64,000 nucleotides of DNA from Candidatus Velthaea sp. (GCA_965214935.1 CBDCCS010000018.1:160001-224000), one strand, 5' to 3'; shown: positions 50,577 through 61,121, counted from the first letter of the stretch. The notes: generated by a model from the sequence alone, not told the origin. Program-made: numbers and translations.

Positions 50577-51617
50577 CTATGCACCGGCCGCCAGCGAGCG
50601 CAAACGCTCGGCGGCAAACTCAGGGGTGATGTCGCGTTGCGGCATGCCGAGCATTTCGTAACCGACCATATACTTGCGCACGGTCGCCGACCGCAGCAAC
50701 GGTGGAAAGTAATGCGCGTGCACGTGCCATTCCGGATGCGGCTCGCCGTCGGTCGGCCGTTGATGGAAGCCCATCGAATAGGGAAACGGCGTGTCGAAGA
50801 CGCGATCGTACGCGGCGGTCAACGCGCGCATCGCTGTCGCGAAACCGTCGCGCGCCTCGGAGGTGACGGCGTCGAGAGCGGTGGCATGCGCACGCGGGAT
50901 GACGAGTGCTTCGTACGGCCACACCGCCCAAAACGGCACGACGACGACGGCATGCTCGTTGGCGTAGACGATACGCTCGGCCGCCGCGACTTCGCGGTCG
51001 AGATACGCGCACAGCAAACACGTTCCGTGCTGCGCTAAATACGTAGCGGCAGCAGCCTGCTCTTTGGCCGGTTCGTTCGGCTGCCGCGCGTTGGCCCAGA
51101 TTTGGGCGTGCGGATGCGGGTTGCTCGCGCCCATCTGTGCGCCGTGGTTCTCAAAGATCGTCACCGCGCCGATCGCCGGATCGGCACCGAGCGCAACGTA
51201 TTGCTCGGTCCAAGCATCGATGACGCCGCGGATGTGGGCGACCGGCATCGACGCAATCGATAGATCGTGGCGCGGCGTAAAGCAGACAACTCGGCAAATA
51301 CCGCGTTCCGATTGTGCGACGAGCAAGCCGCCGATGTCGAGATCCGCCGGCGGCGTGTCGTACACGAGCGCGGCGTAATCATTATCGAAGACGAAGGTTT
51401 GCGTGTACTGCGGGTTGCGTCCGCCGCCGGCACGTGCGTTGCCCGGGCAGAGATAGCACGACGGATCGTAGGCCGGCTTTTCTTCACGCGGTCCGGTTGC
51501 CGTTGTTTCACCTTGCCACGGGCGTTGCGTGCGCTGCGGTGAGACGAGAATCCATTCGCCGGTGAGCGCGTTGAGCCGCCGGTGCGGGCGCGACCGCCAG
51601 TCGCCGGTGGCGTTCAT
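50577..51617 (-). CDS. galT: Galactose-1-phosphate uridylyltransferase
   Basis: HRRLNALTGEWILVSPQRTQRPWQG, CYLCPGN, SNPHPHAQ, PPLLRSATVRK. Confidence 0.96.
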   Translation of the reverse strand: MNATGDWRSRPHRRLNALTGEWILVSPQRTQRPWQGETTATGPREEKPAYDPSCYLCPGNARAGGGRNPQYTQTFVFDNDYAALVYDTPPADLDIGGLLVAQSERGICRVVCFTPRHDLSIASMPVAHIRGVIDAWTEQYVALGADPAIGAVTIFENHGAQMGASNPHPHAQIWANARQPNEPAKEQAAAATYLAQHGTCLLCAYLDREVAAAERIVYANEHAVVVVPFWAVWPYEALVIPRAHATALDAVTSEARDGFATAMRALTAAYDRVFDTPFPYSMGFHQRPTDGEPHPEWHVHAHYFPPLLRSATVRKYMVGYEMLGMPQRDITPEFAAERLRSLAAGA

Positions 51618-52762
51618 TCGCCGACCTTTCCCGCACCCGCCGCGCCGACGCCTAAATAAACGGACGGCTCGATCGCCGTCGCTTGGCGATATGCCGGCGC
51701 GATATAGGCAACGAAGGCGTCGACATCGGCGTCGGCGACGAGGTTGACGGTCGAACCGCCGAAGCCGCCGCCGGTCATCCGGGCGCCGTAGACACCGGGA
51801 CCGAATGCGCGCGCCAGTTCGACCATCGTGTCGACTTCGGGTGCGCTGATCTCGAAGTCGTCGCGCATGCTGGTATGCGACTCGTTCATGAGCTTGCCGA
51901 ACGCGTGCAGATCGTTTTGACGCAACGCAATGCCGGCGGCCAGGACGCGCGCATCTTCGGTTACGATATGGCGGCAGCGCCGAAATATTGCATCGGGCAG
52001 CGAATCGCGCAGCGCCTCGAGCTGTTCGGGCGTGACGTCGCGCAGCGCCCGCACCTCGGGATAACGGCGTGCGAATGCCGCAACACCGGCTTCGCATTCA
52101 GCGCGCCGCGTGTTGTAGCCGCCGGTGGCATGCGAATGCTTGACCATCGTATTGCACACGACGAAGGTTGCGCGTTCGGGCAGCGGGAGATAATCGAACG
52201 ACAAACTGCGGGTGTCGAGTAAGATTGCCTGCGCAGCGTGCGCGTTGGCCGAGATGAATTGATCCATGATCCCGCTCGCAATCCCGGCGTGAATGTTTTC
52301 CGCACGCTGCGCGACTCGAGCGAGTGCAACGCGGTCGACCGGCAAGCCGGCGATATCCAGCATCGCATAACCGACCGCCACGCCGATCGCCGCCGATGAA
52401 CTCAAACCGGCGCCGACGGGCAGATCGCTGGTAACGCGCAGATCCGCGCCGCGTAACGCACGGCCGTCGGCTTGCAGTTCGACGATCGTGCCGCGGATCG
52501 TATCGCTCCAATCGTGCTCGACGCCGGCCGCCAGCCGGTCCAAATCGAAATGGCGCTCGCCGGCGAAACCGTCCGAGACGATGTTGACGCTGCGATCGTC
52601 ACGGACGGTCGCTTCAACTTGGATCTCATATGCAATTGCCGCCGGCATGACGAAGCCGCCGTTGTAATCGGTGTGCTCGCCGATGAGATTGACGCGCCCC
52701 GGGGCGCGGTAACGTTGTGCGGCGCTCACGCGATAGCCGGCGGTATGATTCGATCCATGCAT
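51614..52762 (-). CDS. galK: Galactokinase (start may be GTG 52729)
   Basis: APGRVNLIGEHTDYN, PVGAGLSSSA, GIMDQ, GARMTGGGFGG. Confidence 0.96.
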   Translation of the reverse strand: MHGSNHTAGYRVSAAQRYRAPGRVNLIGEHTDYNGGFVMPAAIAYEIQVEATVRDDRSVNIVSDGFAGERHFDLDRLAAGVEHDWSDTIRGTIVELQADGRALRGADLRVTSDLPVGAGLSSSAAIGVAVGYAMLDIAGLPVDRVALARVAQRAENIHAGIASGIMDQFISANAHAAQAILLDTRSLSFDYLPLPERATFVVCNTMVKHSHATGGYNTRRAECEAGVAAFARRYPEVRALRDVTPEQLEALRDSLPDAIFRRCRHIVTEDARVLAAGIALRQNDLHAFGKLMNESHTSMRDDFEISAPEVDTMVELARAFGPGVYGARMTGGGFGGSTVNLVADADVDAFVAYIAPAYRQATAIEPSVYLGVGAAGAGKVGE

Positions 52763-52844
52763 CGTTCCTTCGAGCGAATGGTGCGTAAGCTCGGTCGAGC
52801 GGCAGCGGCACCGGTGGTCGTAACGAGCGTACCCGCGCGCGGGC

Positions 52845-53840
52845 TCAACCCAGACGCTTCTCGAGCGCGCGAATTGCTGCTGCCGGGCCCGCGGCGATCA
52901 CTTCATCGCCGAGTTCGAGCAGCGTGCTCACCGGCGGATGAAAAATCATCGTTTCACCGCGCTTGATCGCCAGCACGATCGCTTCATCCGCCTCGCCGGC
53001 CAACGCGGAGAGCGCGCGTCCGGCCCAATTTCCCGAAATCGTGAGATCCTCGAGCAGCAACTCGGCGTTTGAAGCGGACATGATGGTGTCGACGAATTCC
53101 ACGGCCGTAGGCCGCATCGCCAAGCTCGCCATCCGTTTTCCGCCGATCGTGTACGGCGAAATAATGCGATTGGCACCGGCCAGCCGCAGCTTGGGTTCGG
53201 ACTCTGCCGTGTTCGCTCGTGCAACGATGAAAATGTCGGGCCGCAACACGCGCGCCGACAACGTGACGTAGATATTCTCGGCATCGTTGTCGACGGCAGT
53301 GATGAGCCCGCGTGCGCGATCGATACCGGCCGCGGCAAGCACCGCGACGTCCGAAGCGCTGCCGATGATGACGTGATGACCTTCGGCGGCCGCGCGCGCG
53401 AGCGACTGCTCGTTGATGTCGATGACCACGAAGGCAATGCGTTCGTCGGAAAATTCACGCGCAATTTCCCGGCCGACGCGGCCGTAGCCGCAAAGCACGA
53501 AGTGGTCATGCATGCGCGCCACTTGGCGGCGCATCCGGCGGGTCTCCACTGCGATCCCGAGCTGGCCTTCGAGGACCCATTCGATCAGCGCCAGCAACGT
53601 ATACGTCAGCACGCCGAAGCCGATCATCACGACGGCCATCGTCCAGCACTTTCCGGCGATGCTCATCGGCGCCGGTTCGCCGCCGCCGACGGTGGTGAAC
53701 GTCGTGACCGTCATGTACAGCGAGTCGAACCATCCCCACCCCTCGATGGCAACGTAGCCGGCGGTCCCGAACGCAATGACCAGCGCGAGCAGGGCGGCTG
53801 CGATGCCGATCCGGCGCGGGACCTCGGGCAGGTCTAGCAT
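52845..53840 (-). CDS. 2-TM potassium-channel-like protein with RCK (TrkA-N/C) domains
   Basis: DSLYMTVTTFTTVGGGE pore helix/filter; HFVLCGYGRVG; KLRLAGANRIISPY. Confidence 0.88.
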   Translation of the reverse strand: MLDLPEVPRRIGIAAALLALVIAFGTAGYVAIEGWGWFDSLYMTVTTFTTVGGGEPAPMSIAGKCWTMAVVMIGFGVLTYTLLALIEWVLEGQLGIAVETRRMRRQVARMHDHFVLCGYGRVGREIAREFSDERIAFVVIDINEQSLARAAAEGHHVIIGSASDVAVLAAAGIDRARGLITAVDNDAENIYVTLSARVLRPDIFIVARANTAESEPKLRLAGANRIISPYTIGGKRMASLAMRPTAVEFVDTIMSASNAELLLEDLTISGNWAGRALSALAGEADEAIVLAIKRGETMIFHPPVSTLLELGDEVIAAGPAAAIRALEKRLG

Positions 53841-53971
53841 ACCTCGGCGCGCATTCGCGCCGCCCCGTTATCATCCCGGGACAACCGCGCCGAGACGGGT
53901 ACGAAGCAACGCGGACGCGTTTGAACGGCCATATGGCGAAAAGACCCTTAGCGAGGCGAGCGTAGTTAAAG

Positions 53972-54802
53972 GTGATGGCGAACATGATCGACACGGGTCT
54001 GCGAATCAGCGTCGGCTGCGAATTTCACTACGAAGTCGATGCACCCACGCCCGCGATCTTCATGGTTCAGCCCGCAGCAATCGACGGTCAGCACGTCGCG
54101 AGCGAGCGCTGGGAATCGGATCCGAGTGCTTCGTATCACGATTACACCGATGTTTATAGCAACAGCTGCCGGCGCACGGTGTTGCCGGCGGGACGGACGA
54201 AAATCCGTTACGACGGGCAAGTCGATGTGTCCGACGAACTCGACCCGTTCGTCCCCGATGCAGCGCAACTGCCGGCTCACGCTTTGCCCGACGACGTTTT
54301 GCTGTACACCCTGCCCAGCCGCTATTGCTTCTCGGATCTGCTCGGCGATAAAGCGTGGGAGCTCTTCGGCGGAACTGCGCCGGGTTGGACGCGCGTTCAG
54401 GCGATCTGCGACTTCGTCAACGCGCATCTGCGCTTCTCGTACGGCACGAGCACCCCGACCACGACGGCGCTCGACGCATACGAAAACCAAGTCGGCGTGT
54501 GCCGCGATTTCGCGCATTTGGCCGTCACGTTTGCCCGCGCGCTCAACATTCCGGCGCGTTACGCGTTCGGCTATCTGCCGGATCTCGACGTACCGCCGCC
54601 CTATGCGCCGATGGATTTTTGCGCGTGGTTCGAGGCGTATCTCGACGGCAGCTGGTACACTTTCGACCCGCGCAACAATCAGCGGCGTCGCGGCCGAGCC
54701 GTCATCGCGCGCGGGCGTGACGCGCTCGACGTTGCGATGGTCACGACGTACGGCCGGGCGCAACTCCACGATATGCTCGTCATTGCCGAGAAAACCGCGT
54801 GA
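53972..54802 (+). CDS. Transglutaminase-like protein
   Basis: LPSRYC, GVCRDFAH, MDFCAWFEAYL, FDPRNN, GRDALD. Confidence 0.9.
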   Translation: MMANMIDTGLRISVGCEFHYEVDAPTPAIFMVQPAAIDGQHVASERWESDPSASYHDYTDVYSNSCRRTVLPAGRTKIRYDGQVDVSDELDPFVPDAAQLPAHALPDDVLLYTLPSRYCFSDLLGDKAWELFGGTAPGWTRVQAICDFVNAHLRFSYGTSTPTTTALDAYENQVGVCRDFAHLAVTFARALNIPARYAFGYLPDLDVPPPYAPMDFCAWFEAYLDGSWYTFDPRNNQRRRGRAVIARGRDALDVAMVTTYGRAQLHDMLVIAEKTA

Positions 54803-55683
54803 TCGCGCCCGAGCCGGTCGTCGCGCACGAAGCGCTCGACTGGTCCGCGATCACCGGCGCGACGTATCGCATCGATCAGTCGATTCGTTACGAATACGCT
54901 AGTCCGATTAGCCGCTTACGGCACAAGCTCGTTATTTCGCCGCGTGCGGCGCACGGCGATCAGCGCCGGCTCTCGCACGACTTGTTCGTGTCGCCCGATG
55001 CTCCCGCCCGACAACTCAGCGATGCGTTCGGTAACGACGTCGTGTGGCTCGAAGTCGCCCATGTCGAACGCAGCATCGCGTTCGAGCTGACGTCGCGCGT
55101 TGCGCGCGACCGCGAACTTGGACCGCATGTCATCGCGAGCCAAACGCTCGACGAAGCGGCGCCGGTTGCCGCGCCGCGCCGCTTGATCCGCGCCGATGAA
55201 GCGATACTCGATGCCGCTGCGGATTTACGCGCTCGTTACCCGGATCGCGCCGAGCTCGCCGTGGCGATTTGCGATTACCTGTTTCGCGAAATGATCTACA
55301 CCAAAGGTGTTACCGACGTCTTCACCACCGCAGCGGTTGCCTTTTCGATGCGGCGCGGCGTTTGTCAGGATTACGCGCATATTGCCATTGCAATGAGTAC
55401 GGCGTGCGGGTTGCCGGTGCGCTACGTCTCCGGACATCTGCTGGGCGAAGGTGCGACACACGCCTGGGTCGAGTTTCTGGTGCCCGCCGAACGCGATCGC
55501 GTGCGCGTCATATCGCTCGACCCGACCAACGGTTGTGCGACGAATTTGCGTTATATCGTCGTCGCCATCGGGCGCGATTACGAAGATATCGCACCGACGT
55601 CGGGTGTCTTCGTCGGGCGTTCGGCGGGCTCGGTTTTCTCGCATCAGTCGGTCAAAGTTACCGGCGTCACGTACGCGGCCTAG
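54799..55683 (+). CDS. Transglutaminase-like protein with bacterial N-terminal domain
   Basis: DAFGN, GVCQDYAH, RYVSGH, HAWVE, DPTNG, GRDY.DIAP. Confidence 0.9.
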   Translation: MIAPEPVVAHEALDWSAITGATYRIDQSIRYEYASPISRLRHKLVISPRAAHGDQRRLSHDLFVSPDAPARQLSDAFGNDVVWLEVAHVERSIAFELTSRVARDRELGPHVIASQTLDEAAPVAAPRRLIRADEAILDAAADLRARYPDRAELAVAICDYLFREMIYTKGVTDVFTTAAVAFSMRRGVCQDYAHIAIAMSTACGLPVRYVSGHLLGEGATHAWVEFLVPAERDRVRVISLDPTNGCATNLRYIVVAIGRDYEDIAPTSGVFVGRSAGSVFSHQSVKVTGVTYAA

Positions 55684-55841
55684 CGTCCCGCATCTTCGGC
55701 CTGTACCGGTCATCGGGCGTTGTCCGCTGCCGGCGATCTCTGCCGATGCCCCAAGACGGAGTTGCGCACCGGGGCGCCGTAACCGCGCTTGAGCGTACGG
55801 CGAAGGAGCCGGATTGCGACCGGTTACCTTGAGAGCGGAAA

Positions 55842-57164
55842 ATGTTGGAAACAATGGAGCCGGTGCGGGTCGGTTTGTTAGGCATCGGTACGGTCGGTAG
55901 CGGAACCTTCGAGGTGCTGACGCGCAATCGCGAAGAGATTACGCGTCGTGCCGGGCGGCACATCGAGATCGCCTGGGTCGCCGCGCGCGACCTCGCGCGG
56001 GCGCGAACCATCGTCGGACCGGATATTCGCGTGGTCGACGACGCGTGCGCCGCCGTCAGCGATCCCAACGTCGACATCATCGTCGAAGTCATCGGCGGTA
56101 CGACGGTCGCCAAAAGCGCGATCATGCGCGCGATCGAGCACGGCAAGCACGTCGTGACCGCCAATAAAGCCCTCCTCGCGACGGCGGGCAACGAAATTTG
56201 GTCGGCCGCCAGCGAGCACGGCGTGATGATTGCGTTCGAGGCGGCCGTTTCGGGCTGCATCCCGATCGTTAAAGTCTTGCGCGAGGGGCTCGCGGCGAAT
56301 CGGATCGAGTGGATCGCCGGCATCATCAACGGTACGAGTAATTATATCTTGTCCGAAATGCGGGCCGAAAAATTGCCCTTTGCCGCAGCGCTCGAAGCCG
56401 CGCAGCGGCTCGGGTATGCCGAAGCCGATCCAACCTTCGATATCGAAGGCATCGATGCGGCGCACAAGCTAACGCTTTTGAGTGCGATCGGTTTCGGTAT
56501 CCCGGTGCAATTCGAGCGCGCCTACATCGAGGGCATCTCGAAACTCACCGACAAAGATATCACGTACGCGCAAGAACTTGGTTATCGCATTAAATTGCTC
56601 GGCATAACGCGCCGCGCTCGGAACGGAATCGAATTGCGCGTCCATCCGACGCTCATTCCGGCCAAGCGGATCATTGCAAACGTCGATGGTGCCATGAACG
56701 CCATCTTGGTGAAAAGCGATGCGGCCGGCGTGACGATGTATTACGGGGCGGGTGCGGGCGCCGAGCCGACGGCGTCGGCGGTTATCGCCGACATCATCGA
56801 AGTAACGCGGCTCATGCAAGCCGAACCGCAAGAGCGCGTGCCGTTTTTCGCCTTTCAAACCGACGCGCTCAGCGATGTCGGCATCTTGCCGATGAGCGAC
56901 GTCGAAACATCGTATTATCTTCGCGTGCGCGTGAAAGACGCAGTCGGCGTCCTGGCGGATATCGCCCGCACGCTCGCCGATGCGGGTATTTCCGTCGATG
57001 CAATGTTGCAGCAAGGCGCCGGCGATAGCGACAACGAGACGGACATCGTCATCCTCACCCATCGGACGCGCGAACGGAACTTCGATGCGGCGATCGCCCG
57101 ACTCGTTCAATTACCGTCGGTGCGCCCGGAATACGCGCGCATCCGCCGTGAGGACCTCGGCTGA
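55842..57164 (+). CDS. hom: Homoserine dehydrogenase with C-terminal ACT domain
   Basis: GIGTVG, KHVVTANKA, FEAAV, GIINGT, GYAEADP, DAAHK. Confidence 0.96.
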   Translation: MLETMEPVRVGLLGIGTVGSGTFEVLTRNREEITRRAGRHIEIAWVAARDLARARTIVGPDIRVVDDACAAVSDPNVDIIVEVIGGTTVAKSAIMRAIEHGKHVVTANKALLATAGNEIWSAASEHGVMIAFEAAVSGCIPIVKVLREGLAANRIEWIAGIINGTSNYILSEMRAEKLPFAAALEAAQRLGYAEADPTFDIEGIDAAHKLTLLSAIGFGIPVQFERAYIEGISKLTDKDITYAQELGYRIKLLGITRRARNGIELRVHPTLIPAKRIIANVDGAMNAILVKSDAAGVTMYYGAGAGAEPTASAVIADIIEVTRLMQAEPQERVPFFAFQTDALSDVGILPMSDVETSYYLRVRVKDAVGVLADIARTLADAGISVDAMLQQGAGDSDNETDIVILTHRTRERNFDAAIARLVQLPSVRPEYARIRREDLG

Positions 57165-57667
57165 TGCCGCCGGAGAATCGCATGTCCGATGCGGGCGCAC
57201 GCGCCGGCGATGCTGAGACGGCCGGAGTTGCTTTACCGCCGCCGCTGCTGTTTGCGACGGGTTTAGCGATCGGGCTTGGGGCCGGCCGGGCTGCGTGGGA
57301 TGAACGCCGGGCTGCGGTCTTCGCGCGCAGCTTGGGCACGGCTTCAGTCGTTGCCGGCATTGCCATCGGTGTCGCTGCGCTGGGCGAATTGCGACGCGCC
57401 GGAACCCATTCGAATCCGTATCGGCCGGCTTCAACGCTGGTGACGCGCGGGCCATTTCGTTTGAGCCGCAATCCGGCATACGTCGGCGCAACGTCGATCT
57501 ATATCGGCATCGCGATGTTCGCCCGTTCGTTGCCGGCCTTCGTGATCTTACCGATCGTCTTGGCACTGCTCGACCGGTTGGTCGTAACGCCCGAAGAACG
57601 GTATCTCGAGCGACGCTTCGGCGATGAGTACAGCGCCTACCGGCAGACCGTCGCGCGCTGGTTTTGA
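57164..57667 (+). CDS. Isoprenylcysteine carboxyl-/phospholipid methyltransferase family protein
   Basis: LVTRGPFRLSRNPAY, EERYLERRFGDEY..Y...V.RW. Confidence 0.88.
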   Translation: MPPENRMSDAGARAGDAETAGVALPPPLLFATGLAIGLGAGRAAWDERRAAVFARSLGTASVVAGIAIGVAALGELRRAGTHSNPYRPASTLVTRGPFRLSRNPAYVGATSIYIGIAMFARSLPAFVILPIVLALLDRLVVTPEERYLERRFGDEYSAYRQTVARWF

Positions 57668-60345
57668 TCGACGATATCGCGTCCCTGAACGCGCCGCCCG
57701 TGCGGGATACGAGCGCACCGCTGCGGGCACGTATCGCCTATTTAGGCCGGCTCGTCGGCGAAGTGCTGCAGACGCATGCACGGCCGCGCACGTTCGAGCA
57801 CGTCGAACGGTTGCGTTCCTTGACGCGCCGGCGCCGCGCCGAACCGGCGCTCGCACTCGATGCGGAAATCGACAGCGTGCTCGATGCATTGGCGACCGAT
57901 GACGCCATCGACGTCATTCGCGCATTTGGATTGTATTTCCGCATGGTGAACTTAGCCGAGCAGCGACATCGCGAGAATCGCCGCCGCGAACGGGCGCTAG
58001 GCGGCGAAGAACCGCTGCGCGGATCGATCGAAGCGCTGCCGGCCGGACCGCATCCGGATTTCGAGCGGCTCGCGATTCGCTTGGTGTTTACCGCGCACCC
58101 GACCGAAGTTTTGCGCCGCACGACGAGTGAAAAAATCGCTGCGATCGCCGAATTGCTGCGCGATCTCGACGAACGTCAGCAAACACCCGACGAAGCGCGG
58201 GCAATCGAAGCCGAGTTGCGCGCGCTCATCGTCATGATGTGGCAGAGCAGCGAATTGTATAACAGCGCCCCGACCGTGCACGATGAAGTACGCAATCTGC
58301 TCGCGCGTTTTCGCGAATCGCTCTTCGAAGAAGCGACGCTGCTGTTCGAGCGTCTCGAAGAGCGGACGGCGCAACCGGTGCCGACGTTTTTATCTTTCGG
58401 CAGTTGGATCGGTGCCGACCGCGACGGCAATGCGAACGTTGCGCCCGATGCGATCGTCAACGCGCACGAACAAGGCCGGGCGTTCGTCATCGACCGCTAC
58501 TTGCAAGCCGTCGCGGCCTTACAAGCGCGCTTTTCGCAGAACATCGTGCGCGGTGCAGTTTCGGCCGACTTGATTGCATCGGTCGAACGCGACGCGGCAG
58601 CCTATCCCGACGTCCGGTATACGCTCGGTCCGCGGCAAGCGACCGAACCGTACCGGCGCAAACTGGCGTTCATGCACCGGCGCCTCACGCTCACGCTCAA
58701 AGACGCACCGGGAGCTTATCCCGATACCGGCGCGTTCGCTGCCGACATTGAAGCGCTCGAAGCCAGCTTGAGCGCGCATAGCGGCAGCGACGTCGTGCGT
58801 CCGTTACGGCGGTTACGTCGCGCGCTCGCAATCTTCGGTTTTCACTTGTACACGCTGGAATGGCGGCAACATCGCGATCGCGTGGTGGCCGCGCTTGACG
58901 AGATCGTCATGCAGATCGAACCGGAACTTCCGGCGCTTTCTGCGCGCACGGAACACGAGCGCGCTGCCTGGTTTGCGCGCGAACTCGCCTCGGTGCGACC
59001 GTTGATTCCGCGTGCATCGTTGTCGCCGCCGACAACCGACGTCATCGCTTCGCTCGAGGCTGTCCGCGCGCTGCGTACGCGCCGCGGTCCGCACACTGTC
59101 AGTTCGTTCATCTTGGCCGGAACCGAAGCCCCGTTCGATATTTTGTCACTGTTTGTTTTGGCTCGCACCTGCGGCGCACTCGAGGGCGAGCCGCCGCAAA
59201 TCGTACCGTTATTCGAAAGCACGCCGGCACTTGAAAGCGGCGCGGCTATTTGCGCCGGCGCGCTTGCCGAACCGGCATTTCGCGCCTATGTCGCGACGCT
59301 CGGTACGTGGGAAATCATGCTCGGGTATTCCGACGGAACCAAAGTCGCGGGCATCTTGGCGGCGGCTTGGGCGATCTATCGCGCGCAGATCGCGATCGCC
59401 GATGCAGCGGCACGAAACGGCATCGACGTCCGGTTTTTTCATGGTCGCGGCGGGTCCGTCGGGCGGGGCGCCGCTGACGCTCGCGAAGCCGTCGCCGCCC
59501 AACCCCCGCAATGCCGTAACGCCTATTTAAAAGTCACCGAACAAGGCGAAGTCATTCGCGCGCGCTACGGTATTCCGTCCCTGGCCCGCCGCAATCTGGA
59601 ATTGGCCGTGACGGCGGTGCTCGGCGGTGCGCGCGAAACACCGGCGCCGATCTCAGGCGAGCGCGCCGCACTGCTCGACGCCTTGGCCGTTCGGGCACGC
59701 GAAACGTATCGCGATCTCATCGACGAGCCGGATTTCTTGCGGTTTTTCGCTTCGAGCACGCCGGTCGATGAGATCGGCGAGCTCGAGATCAGCTCGCGGC
59801 CCGGGCGCCGCGGCGGCGAGCGCCGTACGATCGACGATCTGCGCGCCATTCCGTGGGCCTTCGGCTGGGCGCAATCGCGCTGCATGTTGCCCGGCTGGTA
59901 CGGCTTCGGGAGCGCGGTCGCGGCGTCTGCCGGTCAAGTCGACGTTCTGCGCGCGATGGCGACCGAGGATCCCTTCGTTGCAACGCTCGTACAAAGCGTC
60001 GAACGCGCGTTAGCGGTTGCCGATATGGCGATTTTCGAGCGTTACGCGCGCGAACTCGTCGACGATTCGGTCTTGCGCGCACGCTTCGTACCGCGCATTC
60101 TCGCCGAGTACGAACGCTCGGTGCAGGCCGTGCTGTCGATACTGCAGCGCGATCGCTTGCTGTCCGCCGATTCCGTACTCGCGCGCAGCATCGCGCTACG
60201 AAACCCGTACGTCGATCCGATCTCGCTGTTGCAAATTCGCATGTTGCAGTCATATCGCAAGCAGAACGTGCGCGATCCCCGTTTGCGCGATGCCATTCGC
60301 TTGTCGATCAATGGAATTGCCGCCGGCTTGCGCGTTACCGGTTGA
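57664..60345 (+). CDS. ppc: Phosphoenolpyruvate carboxylase
   Basis: FTAHPTE, SWIGADRDGN, VPLFE, FHGRGGSVGRG, TEQGE, LRAIPW, RNPY. Confidence 0.95.
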   Translation: MIDDIASLNAPPVRDTSAPLRARIAYLGRLVGEVLQTHARPRTFEHVERLRSLTRRRRAEPALALDAEIDSVLDALATDDAIDVIRAFGLYFRMVNLAEQRHRENRRRERALGGEEPLRGSIEALPAGPHPDFERLAIRLVFTAHPTEVLRRTTSEKIAAIAELLRDLDERQQTPDEARAIEAELRALIVMMWQSSELYNSAPTVHDEVRNLLARFRESLFEEATLLFERLEERTAQPVPTFLSFGSWIGADRDGNANVAPDAIVNAHEQGRAFVIDRYLQAVAALQARFSQNIVRGAVSADLIASVERDAAAYPDVRYTLGPRQATEPYRRKLAFMHRRLTLTLKDAPGAYPDTGAFAADIEALEASLSAHSGSDVVRPLRRLRRALAIFGFHLYTLEWRQHRDRVVAALDEIVMQIEPELPALSARTEHERAAWFARELASVRPLIPRASLSPPTTDVIASLEAVRALRTRRGPHTVSSFILAGTEAPFDILSLFVLARTCGALEGEPPQIVPLFESTPALESGAAICAGALAEPAFRAYVATLGTWEIMLGYSDGTKVAGILAAAWAIYRAQIAIADAAARNGIDVRFFHGRGGSVGRGAADAREAVAAQPPQCRNAYLKVTEQGEVIRARYGIPSLARRNLELAVTAVLGGARETPAPISGERAALLDALAVRARETYRDLIDEPDFLRFFASSTPVDEIGELEISSRPGRRGGERRTIDDLRAIPWAFGWAQSRCMLPGWYGFGSAVAASAGQVDVLRAMATEDPFVATLVQSVERALAVADMAIFERYARELVDDSVLRARFVPRILAEYERSVQAVLSILQRDRLLSADSVLARSIALRNPYVDPISLLQIRMLQSYRKQNVRDPRLRDAIRLSINGIAAGLRVTG

Positions 60346-61121
60346 TCGACGCAGCATTCGATTTGCGGCTGAGCGGCGTCGCGATGGCGTACCGCAGCGG
60401 CCGCGAACACGTGCAGGCCTTGACGGAGGTCGATCTGCACGTCCCGGCTGCAACGTTTTGTGCGATCATCGGTCCGTCGGGTTGCGGAAAATCGACCGTA
60501 TTACGCCTGTTGGGCGGCTTGCTGCGCGCCACGGCCGGCACGGTGACGATCGGCGGGCGCGACCCGGCGCAAATTACCGGCGCGCACCGCTTGGGCGTCG
60601 CGTTCCAGGATCACGCGCTACTGCCGTGGCTAAGCGCACGGGAGAATATCGCGCTGCCGTTCCGCGCCGTCGGCCGGGCCGTCGATTACGCGCACGTCGA
60701 CCGGTTACTCCACGTCGTCGGCATTCGCGAGTTCGCTCGCGCGCGGCCGGCACAGCTATCAGGCGGCATGCGCCAACGCGTCGCCATCGCGCGGGCACTC
60801 GTCCTCGACCCGGGCGTTCTGCTGCTCGACGAACCGTTCGGCGCGCTCGACGCGGTGACGCGCCGGCACCTGAATTTAGAACTGCAGCGAATTTGGTCCG
60901 AGCACGCGATTACGACCTTGCTCGTGACGCACGCGGTTGAAGAAGCGGTGTTCCTGGCCGATACGGTCGTCGTCATGTCGAGCCGGCCGGGCCGCGTACT
61001 GCAGGTGGCCCCGATCCCATTCGCGCGTCCGCGCGATCGCAGTCTGCTGACGGCAACGGCGTTCCATGCGCTCGTCGACCGGCTCACCGCCGCGCTCGAT
61101 GCGCCCGAAGCCGGCGCATGA
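60342..61121 (+). CDS. ABC importer ATP-binding protein (SsuB/TauB/NrtD-like)
   Basis: GPSGCGKST, FQDHALLPW, LSGGMRQR, DEPFGALD; TTGA overlap with ppc. Confidence 0.9.
   Translation: MIDAAFDLRLSGVAMAYRSGREHVQALTEVDLHVPAATFCAIIGPSGCGKSTVLRLLGGLLRATAGTVTIGGRDPAQITGAHRLGVAFQDHALLPWLSARENIALPFRAVGRAVDYAHVDRLLHVVGIREFARARPAQLSGGMRQRVAIARALVLDPGVLLLDEPFGALDAVTRRHLNLELQRIWSEHAITTLLVTHAVEEAVFLADTVVVMSSRPGRVLQVAPIPFARPRDRSLLTATAFHALVDRLTAALDAPEAGA

Noticed and set aside
55684..55841. Thr leader or SAM/lysine riboswitch before hom
   Set aside because: The short ORF is not Thr/Ile/Met-rich; there is no riboswitch consensus or U-tailed terminator.
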